Counted from the first letter of the stretch, positions 36,472 through 49,992 are shown. The stretch: 64,000 nucleotides of DNA from Octopus vulgaris (GCA_951406725.2 OX597829.1:40548001-40612000), one strand, 5' to 3'. The notes: generated by a model not told the origin, from the sequence alone. Numbers and translations are program-made.

Positions 36472-36845
36472 GTTTTTTTTTCCTAAATAAATACATGCAC
36501 TATATATTCTAGCAGAATGGAGTAAGTGAAGCAAGAGCACACATGGAAATGAAAAGTGTCGCTGAAGAGGTCACAGATGTGTGATGAAAGATTTCTGGAC
36601 AGTGGACATGAGTTAGATAATAAATAATAAGTAATAAACAAGTGAAGAACAAATATATAGTGCATGTGTTTATTTGGAAAAAAAAAATGAACATCCCAAA
36701 ATACAACAATATCTGTTTCAACACACAATTTCACATCAGGAATAAACATAAACAGATAAAGGTTCATAGCATTTTTTGACTGTCTTAATAACTAACGAGA
36801 TGCCAGAGCAGATTTCTGCCCCAACATCCGAAATTGTCACATATT
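36472..36845 (+). mobile_element. Probable Penelope-like pseudo-LTR with a short inverted duplication and a decayed hammerhead
   Basis: Inverted 24-mer 36485-36508 / 36652-36675 (23/24); CTGAAGA-G-GTCACA-gatg-TGTGAT-GAAA at ~36562-36590; ends in (TA)n. Confidence 0.5.
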
Positions 36846-36849
36846 ACAT

Positions 36850-36884
<35 letters not shown>

Positions 36885-38475
36885 AAAATGTAGTCTACCC
36901 CTTATTTGGATAATTTACTACTTTAGAGGTCCCGCTAGCTATGAAACATATTTAGCTTGGATTTTATCTACTCCATTCTCTGATTTTTTAATGTTTCTTC
37001 GCATATACAACAACCCCTGTTGTTTGCTGTGAACTATAAAATGGGTTTTTTTTTTCAGCTTATTATACTTCAATATGGGATAAATTCACAACCTCCTGCA
37101 CCAATAAATCCTGAAAGTTGTTTTTCATATCTTCTACGGATTGCATGAAACTCACTAACTTCCTACACCTTGATCCTAGAATCTTACCTTTACATATTAC
37201 TATATATATAATCATTATCATCTATTTTCCATGCTGGCTTGGGTTTGGTAGTTTGGAGATAGCAAGCCAGAGGACTGTACAAAGTTCCACTGTCAGCCTT
37301 GACATGGTTTCAAAGACTGGATGCCCTTCCTAATGCCAACCACTTTACAGAGTGCTTTTTACATGGCACCAGCCATAGCAAGATCACCAAGAAACTTGCA
37401 AAACAAAGACTGCCTTTAACTGAGGTGGGGAGTAGTATTGAGGGAAGTGACTTTGTGTCAGGTGACAAGTCGTTAAACTGTGATAGAGAGACAGAAACCT
37501 ATGTCTTACCACAGAAGAGATACATGGCTACCCCAGTTGTGTCTGGGGAGAGTCATTTTCTTTTTGTGCCTTATAAGTCAAGACTATTGAAAAGGTTGCA
37601 AGACACAGCCAAAATTTTAGGAAAATATAAACAAGAAATAAGTGGAAATTTTACCGGTGAGTGTGTTAAATTATAAGGCACAAAGGGAAAAAGACTCTCC
37701 CCAGACACAGCAGAATATAACCAATTTATTGCTCATAAATTTTAGCAACAAAATCTTATTTAAACCCCAAAGGGTCGTGTGAACCTGGTTGAGACCTACT
37801 AATGTAACTCGTGGCAGAGTTGGCTGCTACTTCTAGCTGGTTCAGCAAATGAGTAAGGTTATATGGTAGGTGTTAGCTAATAAAATATCCTGCAGGGTCA
37901 GAAGCCTTAATGTTTGTTGCCATGGTGGGAGGAGGAAGAGAGAGGAAGAAGGGGAAGCAGGGTTTCTGGATGGACACATCAATACTCCTCCCTCCCACTT
38001 CCTACTATGGCTAACTACAGCAAGCCCATGTCTCTGTCTCTTTCTCTCCCACCGGGCGCATCCCCATCCCCATCCCCACACCCTCATTGTTGACCTGCTG
38101 CTGCTGCTGCTGCTACTGTGACCCACTGACCTCTACTTCCTCTTACCCTAGTGAAACATTGACACTGTCTCCCTCATCCTGATTCATCTCCCCAAACATC
38201 TTTCCTTCCCCCCTGCTACCCCCCCTCCCCACTATCACCACCAACACCACCACCACCACCAATTATTCTGGGGGTCTTTTCTCTGCAACAACTTCCTGTT
38301 GAATGTGCCTGTGTGTGGTATGTAGTAAGTAGTTATATGTCTGGGTGATGTGGTGGTGGTGGTGGTGGTAGTGGTGGTGGTGGTGGTGGTGGTGGTGGTG
38401 GTAGGTGTCTGGTGTGATCCCTTCCTGATAAGCTGCTGTGCTGAGAAGGTTCACTGTTGGCCTAGATTTTATATG

Positions 38476-38514
<39 letters not shown>

Positions 38515-38995
38515 TCTGTTGCTTATTTCAGTCATTTAACTGTGGCCATGCTGGAGTACTACTGCCTTGAAGGGTGCTAGTATTTATACAATTGGTCTCT
38601 TTTGCCAAACTGCTAAGTTATGAGGACATAAACACACCAGTATGGGTTGTCAAGTGATGGTAGGGGGAACAGACACACATACAAATATATATATATATAT
38701 ATATATATTATAATAAGAGATATATACACACGATGGGCTTCTTCTAGTTTCTCTCTACCAAATTTATTCACAAACCCTTGGTCAATCTGAGGCTATAGTA
38801 GAAAACACTTGCCCAAGATGCCACGCAGTGGGACTGAACCCGGAACCGTGTGGTTGGGAAGCAAGCTTCTTAGCACACAGCCACGCCTGTGCTTATATGC
38901 ACATATATACACACACACACACACGCATATATATATATATATATACACACACAAGTACACATGTTCATATGTATACACACAAACACATGCACACG

Positions 38996-39026
<31 letters not shown>

Positions 39027-39622
39027 GCAAGCAGACATGTACATAATCATATACACACATGCTCGCACTCACATACATTTCAAGGACTTTTTTTTGGAAA
39101 ACACAAGAACCAGAAAATTTGACAAAAACAACAAACAGAAAATTCATAGCTAATTTCTCATCAGTCAATGTCCAGGAGATCATAATAGCATTGTGCCGTT
39201 ATCTATTCTCTCTTTTTTCTCTTGTATATATTCTTTTACTCTTTTACTTGTTTCAGTCATTTGACTGCGGCCATGCTGGAGCACCGCCTTTAATCGAGCA
39301 AATCGACCCCGGGACTTATTCTTTGTAAGCCCAGTACCTATTCTATCAGTCTCTTTTGCCGAACCGCTAAGTAACGGGGACATAAACACACCAGCATCGG
39401 TTGTCAAGCAATGCTAGGGGGACAAACACAGACACACAAACACACACACGCATATATACGACGGGCTTCTTTTCAGTTTCCGTCTACCAAATCCACTCAC
39501 AAGGCATTGGTCGGCCTGGGGCTATAGTAGAAGACACTTGCCCAAGGTGCCACGCAGTGAGAATGAACCCAGAATCATGTGGTTGGTAAACAAGCTACTT
39601 ACCACACAGCCACTCCTGCGCC
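38515..39622 (-). mobile_element. Two SINE family A copies (38515-38890; 39231-39622 full length)
   Basis: Match to family A. Confidence 0.85.
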
Positions 39623-40145
39623 TATATATATGTATGTGTGTGCGTGTATATTGTTGAAATTTACAGAAAAACAAAAGACAAAGACAGGTGTATGAAAAAC
39701 AAGCAGGTGTATTAGTTTAACACTCGGGGAAAGGAAGAAAATATACAGAGAGAGAGGGAGAGAGAAGCATACACCATGTGGTTAAGGTGTTCACTTTACA
39801 ACCTCAGTGTTGTGGGTTCAGTCCCATTACACTACATGTAGCCTCGGAAAATTGTCATCAGTTTCAACATGGACATGGAAGCTTCTTCTCAGCTACATTG
39901 ATTGATGTCCTACCAGATTATACATACATGCAGGCATGCATCCATTAAACAGAGTAATCTGAATGCCAAGGAGTTAAACTGGCCCCCATATCCAGCCCAA
40001 ATATTCTACTTGTCTTATGTTCAGACTGTCCAGATTCAGCCCTTCACACCTTCTCTACAATGTCAGTCTAAATATAAACAATCACATTGAAATCTTGAAT
40101 GATTAATTCAAGAAAATGTGAATCAGTTTCCCAGAGTAACCTAAA

Positions 40146-40457
40146 TTTGTTTTGTTTGTTCCTTCTCGAGCCACGCCTGGCTCATAAGGGCCGGTTTCCC
40201 AGTTTCCTTGGTGTATAGGTTCCCCACCTGGACGGGACGCCAGTCCATCGCAGGTGAGCTGCAAGATGCAGGAGGAAAGAGTGAGAGAAAGTTGTGGCAA
40301 AAGAGTCAGCTGAAGTTTCACCATTACCTTCTGCCGGAGCCGCGTGGAGAATTAGGTGTTTCGCTCATAAACACACACATCGCCCGGTCTGAGATTCGAA
40401 CCTGCGGTCCCTTGACCGTGAGTCCGCTGCTCTAACGACTAGGCCATGTGCCTCCAC
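40146..40457 (-). mobile_element. tRNA-derived SINE family V (V-domain-like block), full length, inserted in an E1 MITE (39975-40475)
   Basis: TSD CAGAGTAACCTAAA (40132-40145, 40457-40470); A box TGGCCTAGTCG, B box GGTTCGAATCT; CCTGCGATGGACTGGCGTCCCGTCCAGG resembles the V-SINE domain; (AAAC)n tail. Confidence 0.88.
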
Positions 40458-40544
40458 AGAGTAACCTAAAGGGTTGATGTGATTTTTTTTATCTTGTTGT
40501 GAAACAGCTTTTTTTTTTTTCAGTCACAAAAATGTGATTTAGGA

Positions 40545-40592
<48 letters not shown>

Positions 40593-41171
40593 TTCACTTT
40601 TCCTAATTCTCCCTATATTTGTATGTGTTTGTGTCTATGTGTGTGTGTGTGTATTGGAGAAAGCTGTAAAATATGTAAGGATCTTATTGTTAGAAAGATT
40701 AAACATCTTTCTTTTTTTTTTTTTTTGAAAGACAGCCATGTATAATATAGGAAGATTTTTGGCTGTGACTTCTAGCACACTTGGAAACCACATAGTGGTT
40801 TTGTCGTCTGAGATCATAAAATATATTCTTGTTTAAGGTGTCATTGTTCTATCTGATACCCATTCAGAGAATTTATGAGGAAATACGCATATCAAATGTC
40901 TCTAACAGTGTAATTATTAGTCTCAGTCTGTTTGACTCAGGGTGTTAAGGAAGCTACATCTGTGACTTAACTTTCTGGCTTCAACAACAGAGACAAATAT
41001 AATAAATTGAACAGTAAAAACAATAAATTTGATTACACCATTGAAGTAAAACCACAAAAGAGGACAAAAACAAGAAATTAAACTCAAAGAAACCGTTCTA
41101 CTACAGGCACAGGGAATGAGGGGAACTAGTTGGTTATGTTGACCCCTAGTGCTTGACTGTATTTATTTTAT

Positions 41172-41775
41172 AAGGTGGCAAGCTGGCAGAAAGGTTTGTG
41201 CACCGGGCGAAATGCTTAGCAGTATTTCGTCTGCCGCTACGTTCTGAGTTCAAATTCCGCCAAGGTCGACTTTGCCTTTCATCCTTTCGGGGTTGATTAA
41301 ATAAGCACCAGTCACGCATTGGGGTCAGTGTAATCGACTTAATCCGTTTGTCTGTCCTTGTTTGTCCTCTCTGTGTTTAGTCCCTTGTGGGTAGTAAAGA
41401 AATAGGTATTTCGTCTGCCGCTACTTTCCGAGTTCAAATTCCGCCAAGGTCAACTTTGCCTTTCATCCTTTCGGGGTCGATTAAATAAGCACCAGTCACG
41501 CACTGGGGGTCGGTGTAATCGACTTAATCCGTTTGTCTGTCCTTGTTTGTCCTCTCTGTGTTTAGCCCCTTGTGGGTAGTAAAGAAATAGGTATTTCGTC
41601 TGCCGCTACTTTCCGAGTTCAAATTCTGTCGAGGTCAACTTTGCCTTTCATCCTTTCGGGGTCGATAAATAAAGTAACAGTTTCGCACTGGGGTCGATGT
41701 AATTGACATAATCCCTTTGTCTGTCTTTGTTTGTCCCCTCTATGTTCAGCCCCTTGTGGGCAATAAAGAAATAAG
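41172..41775 (+). mobile_element. SINE family B tandem trimer (one head, three ~185-bp bodies)
   Basis: GTATTTCGTCTGCCGCTAC at 41222, 41406 and 41591. Confidence 0.92.
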
Positions 41776-41934
41776 AATAGAGACCTGGTTGTGAGTTGTT
41801 TAGCACAAAGTTCTTATTGAGCAGGTCTATCATCAAAAGAATTGTGGCAGTGACAGTTTTTGGGGTTTTTTTTTAATATCCAGAACTAAATTATCCAATG
41901 TCTACTTCTTTTTCCAAAACGACAGCAGGGTGTA

Positions 41935-43410
41935 GTTATGGCTACATAGTTTAGAAGCTTGCCTTGCAAACATTTAGTTTGGGTTCCATCTTATTGCACA
42001 ACATCTTGGGTAAGTGTCATCTACTATAGTTGCAGGCTGACCAGAGACTTGTGAGTGAATCTGGTAGATGAAAACTGCAAGGAAGCCTTTTGTGTGATAT
42101 GTAGGTGTGTATATATGTTTGTGTGACTTTTGTGTTATGTTTGTCTTCTACCAGCACAACTGACAGTCAGTGCTGGTTTGTTTACACATCTGCATAACTT
42201 AGCAGTTTGGCAAAAGAAACTGATAGAATAAGTATCAGAATTTTTTTTTTTTGAAAACAAGTAAATTCTGGGGTTGGTTTGTTTGTCTAAATTCTTTAAG
42301 GGTGGCACCGCAGCATGACCACAGTACAAGGACTGAAACAAGTAAAACAAAAGGTATAATTATATTTAAGAAAAATTTTGGCTGCTGTTTCTAACAGGTC
42401 AAGCAAACAATCACATAGAGACTATCTTACTCTCTCATGCTGTTGAATATTGTTATCTTGTGTTGGTGTCTAATTGTTCTGCACATATGTCCTGTTTTGG
42501 TTGACTTCATTCCACGATAAACACAAAAACAAAACAAAAAAAAAAACATGTATTTTGCTTCAACCATATCCTTCAATAAGCTGCTTTAATATAAATGTGC
42601 TGCTATTTCTGAAAGGTCATTTTCTGCTTGTAAGATCTCTGACATAAAGGTACAACTCTGAAGAGAAAAAAAAAAGCATTGATTCACTAATGATAAGGTT
42701 TCTTTTTTATTTCTTGTACTTGTTTTAGTCATTGGACTGCAGCCATTCTGGGACACAACCTTGAAGTGTTTCAGTCTAATAGATTGCACCCCCCCCCCAG
42801 CATGTAAAAGACACCATTCAAGCGTGATCGTTACCAGCATCGCCTTACTGGCACCTGTGCCGGTACCATGTGTAACAGATTCGAGCGAGGTCGTTGCCAG
42901 TACCGCCTGACTGGCCCCGTGCCGGTGGCACGTAAAAGCACCCACTACACTCTCGGAGTGGTTGGCATTAGGAAGGGCATCCGGCTGTAGAAACTCTGCC
43001 AGATCAAGATTGGAGCCTGGTGCAGCCATCTGGTTAGCCAGCCCTCAGTCATTTGTCCAACCCATGCTAGCATGGAAAGCGGATGTTAAACGATGATGAT
43101 GTTGGGTTCATTTTGCCAAACTGCTATGTTACAGGGACATAAACAAACCAATACTAGTTGTCAAGCAGTGTTTTTTTTGGGGGGGGGGGCAAACACACAC
43201 AAATGTATGTGATTGGCTTCCACATAGTTTCCTATTTCTTTATTGCCCACAAGGGGCTAAACATAGAGGGCTTCCACTCAGTTTCTGTCTACCAAATTCA
43301 TTCCCAAGCCAATGGTTGGCCCAGGGCTATAGTTGAAGACACTTGCCCGAGGTGCTGCACAGCAGGACTGAACCTGGAACCACCCGGTTTCAAAGCGAGC
43401 TCTTCCTAAC
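41935..43410. mobile_element. Nested cluster: SINE A + (41935-42350); SINE A - (42705-43410) interrupted by family C (42798-43100) and a 37-bp B tail (43232-43268)
   Basis: Family matches; the B stub is flanked by the GGCTTCCAC..AGTTTC duplication. Confidence 0.75.
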
Positions 43411-44389
43411 CACACAGCCATACCTGTACTTAGATTTATTTATTTTAACATTTCTAATTGATGTACTTATTCAGTTTAATAAAGAAAAAAAATCAAGTCT
43501 TGTTTTGGCCAGGAAGTTCTGAAAGTCATAAAATGGGTTAAATCATGAGATTCTGTTTCCTCCAGAAAAAAAGCATACTTTTGTGTAGAAAGTCTGACTC
43601 TACATACAGTCAGAAAAAAGCCGTCTCTTTGTAACTCTGGGAAAATAAACATATATTCAGCATGAAGAGGTACTAATATCTTTTATTACCCAATATGACT
43701 CTTACACGATTATTGAATACACATGCCTATCAAAATAATAGATCACTAAGTAAACATCCATTCTGTCTTGCTACAATGCTTTCAGCTAGTTTCAGAGCTA
43801 TTCAATATAGATTGTGTGTACCTCCTTTCTTTCGAGAATTCCCCAAGGGCATTAAGCACATAATACAAGTAATAGCTGGAGGAGCACCTCAGCTTGACTT
43901 TGGTGAACTTAGAGAACTTTACTTAATTTATAGCAAGGCCTTTTAACATTAGTTTTATTTTCGCATTTTTTTTCTTACATTTCGTTTTTTTTTTTTTTCT
44001 GTTTTTTCTCCTTTTATATTTATATATATATGTGTGTGTGCATGTATATATATATATATATATATATATACTGAATAATACTATCTAAAAAAGTCAATGT
44101 TTACACATACTTTATCCACTGCTTTTACTCTTACTGAATTGACACAAATTTTCTTGTTAATCTAACTTTCATTGAATCGTTCAGCGATATGCTTACAAAA
44201 TACACATTGCTTTCGGTTTGTATTTGTATTCATGATCAATTCAAAGTGAGATGTTCAAGTATAGATAATACATTAAATGATATTGATTCAACAAGTAAAA
44301 GGCAACAGTGATTCAAAGTGCAGCTAAAACTGTTGCAGTTATGAAGCAGTCTTTTTTGCTTCTTTCTTTCTCTTCCTACACACACACAT

Positions 44390-44465
<76 letters not shown>

Positions 44466-44729
44466 ACCCAATAATGTGGTATGGCTGCTGAAATAAATAT
44501 AGCAATTTTGACACAATAAGTAGAATATTCTTTTTTAAGAGTACGGCACATTGGTAAATATCATGAACAAAGAAGTTCTGCTTGAAACTTAGAATTGATG
44601 AAAATGGGAAACGCCAAGTACATAAAAAAAAAAAATATTGAATAAAGTTTGTAAAATATTAGGAGAAAAGAAAAACCAAAAACAAATTCATAGCAATAAA
44701 TAAATCATCATCATCATCATCATCGACAG

Positions 44730-45200
44730 CATTAACATTATCATCTCAGATCTTAAGATTTTCACAGAATATAAAATGGCATTTTTCTGCAGGTTGGCAC
44801 TATTGTATCTCAGTTCCAGTGTCCTTCAGCCTTCTTAGATAGCAGTTTGGGCATTGTACTCAGTAAATCATTCATCCCAGAAACAGAACAATTATCACCA
44901 TTTTGTATTGTATAATTTTTCTCATCTCTCTCTCTCTCTCTCTCTCTGGCCATGTCCTTGATATTCCACAATTTTCTCAATTTCTTTGATGTCTAATTAT
45001 CATTGTGTTGCAAAATCTATGATCCTATACATTTTTTTCTTTTTTTTCTTCCTTATTTTTTAAAATCTTCTACAATGATTACACCTGATCTCCTTACTTC
45101 AATAATATGATCAGTCTCTTTAGAGAAATTCCATAAAATCCCATAATTGCCATACACCATAACATCCTCTGGGCTCATGTTCCTACCGTTTTTCCATTAC
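44730..45200 (-). mobile_element. Old Dong/R4-type LINE restriction-like endonuclease remnant
   Basis: Minus strand GILWNFSKETDHIIEVRRSGVIIVE and RIIDFA...KEIEKIVEYQ resemble ILWDF.IQTDH.IEARRPDIV...KE.EKIEKYQ. Confidence 0.65.
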
Positions 45201-45354
45201 TTCTTTCTTATCTATTTAGGGTTGAGAGGGTTTACAAATTTAAAGATTTTAAAGTTTTTTGTGTGTGTTTTTTTTAACTGTTCTGGCTTTCCTTCTCTTT
45301 GTGTGGAACATGGAACATAAAATTATCAGGAAATGCTTAGGATTTTCTTTGATG

Positions 45355-45785
45355 TTCTTTTACTTGTTTCAGTCATTGGACTGCAGCCATTCTGGAGCAC
45401 CGGCTTGAAGTTTAGTCTAACAAATCGACCCCAGGGCTTATTTTTAATCCCAGTGCTTATTCTATTGCAGAACCACTTAGTTACCACCTTCAAGGGTTTT
45501 AGTCAAACAAATCAACCCTGTTACTTATTTTCTCTTTTTAAGTCTGGTACCAATTCTATTGGTCTCTTTTGTTGAGCCGCCAAATTACCGGAATAAAAAC
45601 AAACCAACACCTGTTGTCAGGCTGTAGGGTGAGGACAAACAATTTTCATTTATCAAGTTCACTTACAAGGCATTGGTCAGCCTGGAACTTTACTAGAAGA
45701 CACACCAAGGTACCATATAGTGGGATTGAACCTGAAACCACATGTTTGCAAAGCAAGCTTCCTGACCACAAAATTATACCCGTAC
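45355..45785 (-). mobile_element. Degenerate SINE family A
   Basis: Tail, body and head fragments. Confidence 0.65.
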
Positions 45786-47065
45786 TGTGATGTTGATATT
45801 ATAAATCACTTTCTTTTGTAGCCTCAGCTTAATTTCAATCGAACAAACCCCTTGCATGTATGTAATTAGTCAAATGACCAGATCTGATCCACAGATCCTA
45901 TGCTTCGCAATGCTTTGAGTTTACCTAGTTGAGTACCATGCTGCATGTCCGGACATGCAGTAATCGATTATATCTCTTGTAATGTTGCAATCTGAACTTG
46001 TACTCTTTCTCTACTGTGCAGTATGTTCCCGTAGATTTGCCTGCTTGTCTTGTAACCCCAGGCCAACCCAACCACAATCCAGTTGACCTACAAATGCTGT
46101 AGCTAACGGCATGTGGAGGTGCAGTATTGCAATCTGAGCATATTATACTGTCTTCATTGTTCAGTCTGTTTCTTTATGAAAGTCATTACCATTTAGCTTC
46201 CTGGTCAGTAATTTATAAGCAAACCTATGATGAAAAGTATGTCTTCTGTGTGTGCTGTGACTGTGGTAGAGGTTACCATCATCATTGTTTTTAACGTCTG
46301 CTTTTTTGTGCTTGCTTGGGTTGGATAGAATTTATTGAAGTGGGATTTTTATGGCCAGATGCCCTTCCTGTTGTCAGCCTTCCAAACAAAGCAATATTTC
46401 CCTGCAACCAGACGTGTTTACACGGAAGTTTGGAAATGAATGACATTACTTATATAATAAGTGACACTTGCTTACTATCATTATATGAAACCAAGACAAA
46501 GAGACAGCATTATGCAAAAGACATGCGTGCACACACACACACAGACGTGCATGCACACACAGATGTGCACATGTACACACACACACACACACACACATAC
46601 AGATGTGCACTCACATATGTAGACATGTGCACACGCACATTCACACGTAATAAATACACATATGACAAGCTTCTTTTGAGATTCCGTCTACCAGATCCAT
46701 TCACAAGGCTTTTGGTAAAAGACGTTTGGTCTAACATGCCACACAGCAGGATTGAAACCCAAACCATGTGGCTGGGAAGCATCTGTATGTTGTATGTAAT
46801 TTCTGTGCAGCTGTTTTGTCTGTGTCATTGTAATATTGTAGTGACTGTGGTTGTTGTTGTTGTTGCTGTTGTTGTTATTGTTATAGCCATTGTATTGTGG
46901 TATTGGGATCTTTATGTTCTGGATGTGACGATTGTAAAAGAACCTGTGGCTGGTTGTGGGAGGAGGGCTGTTGTGATATTGGCTGTTAGCAGAATGGTAA
47001 CCTGACCACCTCTTCTTACTGACACAACTGATGTACATTGCACACTTGTATAACAAACACATGTT

Positions 47066-47142
<77 letters not shown>

Positions 47143-47238
47143 GTGTGTGTGTGTATATATATATATGTGTGTGTGTATATATGTGTGTGTGTGTGTTATA
47201 TATATATATGTGTGTGTGTGTATATATATATATGTGTG

Positions 47239-47271
<33 letters not shown>

Positions 47272-47362
47272 GTATCTGCATATCTATCATAAAATATACA
47301 CATGCATATATGCATATATATATATATATATATATGTATATGTATATAAAGATAGATAGACA

Positions 47363-47450
47363 GTAAGTAGGTGGCTGAAGTAAATATCAGGTGTCATCAG
47401 CTGAGCAAACAACTGATGACACCTGATATTTACTTCCACCTCCTACTTAC
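47363..47450. repeat. 88-nt hairpin with a 24-bp perfect stem
   Basis: 47377-47400 pairs with 47413-47436; outer GTAAGTAGG/CCTACTTAC. Confidence 0.9.
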
Positions 47451-47849
47451 AAGCGCGCACACACACACACTGATATATATATATATATATATATATAGCA
47501 ATTGAAAGACAGAAGATGGAATATACGAGAATTTATTATTAATCGTGACAATTGTTTCCACACACATACATCTATATATCATCATCGTTTAAAGGTATAT
47601 ATACATAATACATATAAATAAATAAATGTATGTATATATATATATACATGTATGTAAATGTATATATATATATATAAATGTATATATATATATATATATA
47701 AATGTATATATATATATATAAATGTATGTATGTATATATATAAATATATGTGTATGTATATATATATATATATGTATAAATGTATGTGTATATATAAATG
47801 TATGTATATATATAAATGTATAAATGTATGTATATATATATATATGTAT

Positions 47850-47892
<43 letters not shown>

Positions 47893-47902
<10 letters not shown>

Positions 47903-48250
47903 TTCTGCCATTGTTTGCAATGATAAACATGCTCTATAAATGTGTTTCCAAGGGGATTCTCCGAGAAGAGGATAATGTATATATCACTGTTACAAAACGG
48001 ACAAAAAGATTTACCTTTATCATATGGAAAGGATACAGAGAGAATATTCCACTTCAAATCAAATTGTTTATTACGATCCTTTAGATACCAGATTAATTTA
48101 CTAAGGCCCAGCTATTTTCTACTTTTTCTCGCAAGTATCTCTGTGTGACACTCAACAGAATTTGAAACCAAAGTAGAATATTTTGAAACTAAACGGAAAA
48201 TATTTCATTTTAATTGCTTGTTTGCAAACTGTACATAATGTATGAAAGTG
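47893..48250 (-). mobile_element. Penelope-like element GIY-YIG endonuclease C-terminal fragment (Naiad-like)
   Basis: [69 protein letters not shown] resembles LSKYIW.LK...IKW.I..Y...C.LC..E...LN...E...CRH; runs straight into (TA)n. Confidence 0.72.
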
Positions 48251-48763
48251 CTCTCCAGCTATTATCCAATTGATTGTCATTTCGTGCGCAGATTTTATTA
48301 GGCAACACACCTCTCACATATCTCTCGCTGTTGGGGGGTACGTTTCATTACAAAGAGTTTTCTTACTCTTAGTCAAGTTGTTAACCCATGACAGGAGTGT
48401 CACCGGAAATGGTAAGAAGAGGTAGGAATTGAACTCAGAGCATACAGAACGAGAACAGACACTACAATGCGTTTCTTTCAACATTAACAGTTCTGATATT
48501 TCGCTGCCCTTCGTCTACTACTTTGTTTACCGTTCCATAAAGGTTGAAAGGCAAAGTTGAGTTTGGCGGGATTTGAATTCACAAGGTAGTGAGTCAGAAC
48601 AAATACTAACAACTACAAGGCATTCTATCCAATGGTCTAATGATTCTGCTAATTCTCTGCTTTAAAAATCATACAAAGATTTTTTTTTTTTGTGTGTGTG
48701 TTTGGCACAAAATTTTCATTAAAGACTTTAGTTAATGGAAGAGTTATTAAATTAAATTAAATA

Positions 48764-48935
48764 GTGCAGGAGTGGCTGTGTGGTAAGTAGCTTGCTAACC
48801 AACCACATGGTTCTGGGTTCAGTCCCACTGCGTGGCACCTTGGGCAAGTGTCTTCTGCTATAGCCTCGGGCCGACCAATGCCTTGTGAGTGGATTTGGTA
48901 GACGGAAACTGAAAGAATCCTATCGTATATATGTG

Positions 48936-48968
<33 letters not shown>

Positions 48969-49168
48969 TTGTCCCCCCTAGCATTGCTTGACAACCGATG
49001 CTGGTGTGTTTACGTCCCCGTCACTTAGCGGTTCGGCAAAAGAGACCGATAGAATAAGTACTGGGCTTACAAAGAATAAGTCCCGGGGTCGATTTGCTCG
49101 ACTAAAGGTGGTGCTCCAGCATGGCCGCAGTCAAATGACTGAAACAAGTAAAAGAGAGAGAGAGAGAG
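48764..49168 (+). mobile_element. SINE family A, full length
   Basis: Match to family A. Confidence 0.9.
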
Positions 49169-49558
49169 TAGTACTGGCAAAGTCTCTGCATGCTCAGCAT
49201 TAATTTGTGATCGTTTGTGTGCAGTAGGCTAATTTGTGTTCTATTAAAGGAAAAATATTGAACCGAAAAAGGTTTTTTTGGGGTGTGGGACGTATTTGTT
49301 TTTCAGAATTGCTCAATGCGAAGTCTAGTCTGTTTCAGCATATAAATATATGTATTTAAAAATAGATGTGGTTTTATATGATTTAGCTTTACTTCATTTT
49401 CAATACATTTCAGTACGACAAACATATTTGTCGCCATTACTAACAATGCAGGTATATTAACACTGAATATGATACAATAGGTAATAAGAATAGATGGTCA
49501 TGGCTAGAATGCCAATAGAACTATCTGTATTCAACACACAGCACTATTTCTCACTTCT

Positions 49559-49992
49559 AAGGCAGCAAGCTGGCAGGATCATTAGCATGCCAGGTAAAAT
49601 ACTTAGTGGCAGAATCGTTAGCACGCCGAGCGAAGTGCTTAGCGGTATTTCGTCTGCCGCTACGTTCTGAGTTCAAATTCCGCCGAGGTTGACTTTACCT
49701 TTCATCCTTTCGGGGTCAATTCAATAAGTACCAGTTATGCACTGAGGTCGATGTAATCGACTTAATAGCTATATCTGTCCTTGTTTGTCCCCTCTATGTT
49801 TAGCCCCTTGTGGGTAGTAAAGAAATAGGTATTTTATCTGTCTTTGCATTCTGAGTTCAAATTTCACTAAAGTCGACTTAGCCTTTCATTCTTTCAGGGT
49901 CAATAAAATAAGTACTGCGGTTGGGGGTGCAGTCAGTGTAATCAACTTACCCCTTCCGCTGAAATTGGTGACCTTGTACCAAAATTTAGAAG
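49559..49992 (+). mobile_element. Old SINE B with a young SINE B (49608-49827) inserted at CTTAGT|GGTATT
   Basis: Old head stops at 49607 and resumes with GGTATTTTATC at 49828. Confidence 0.85.
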
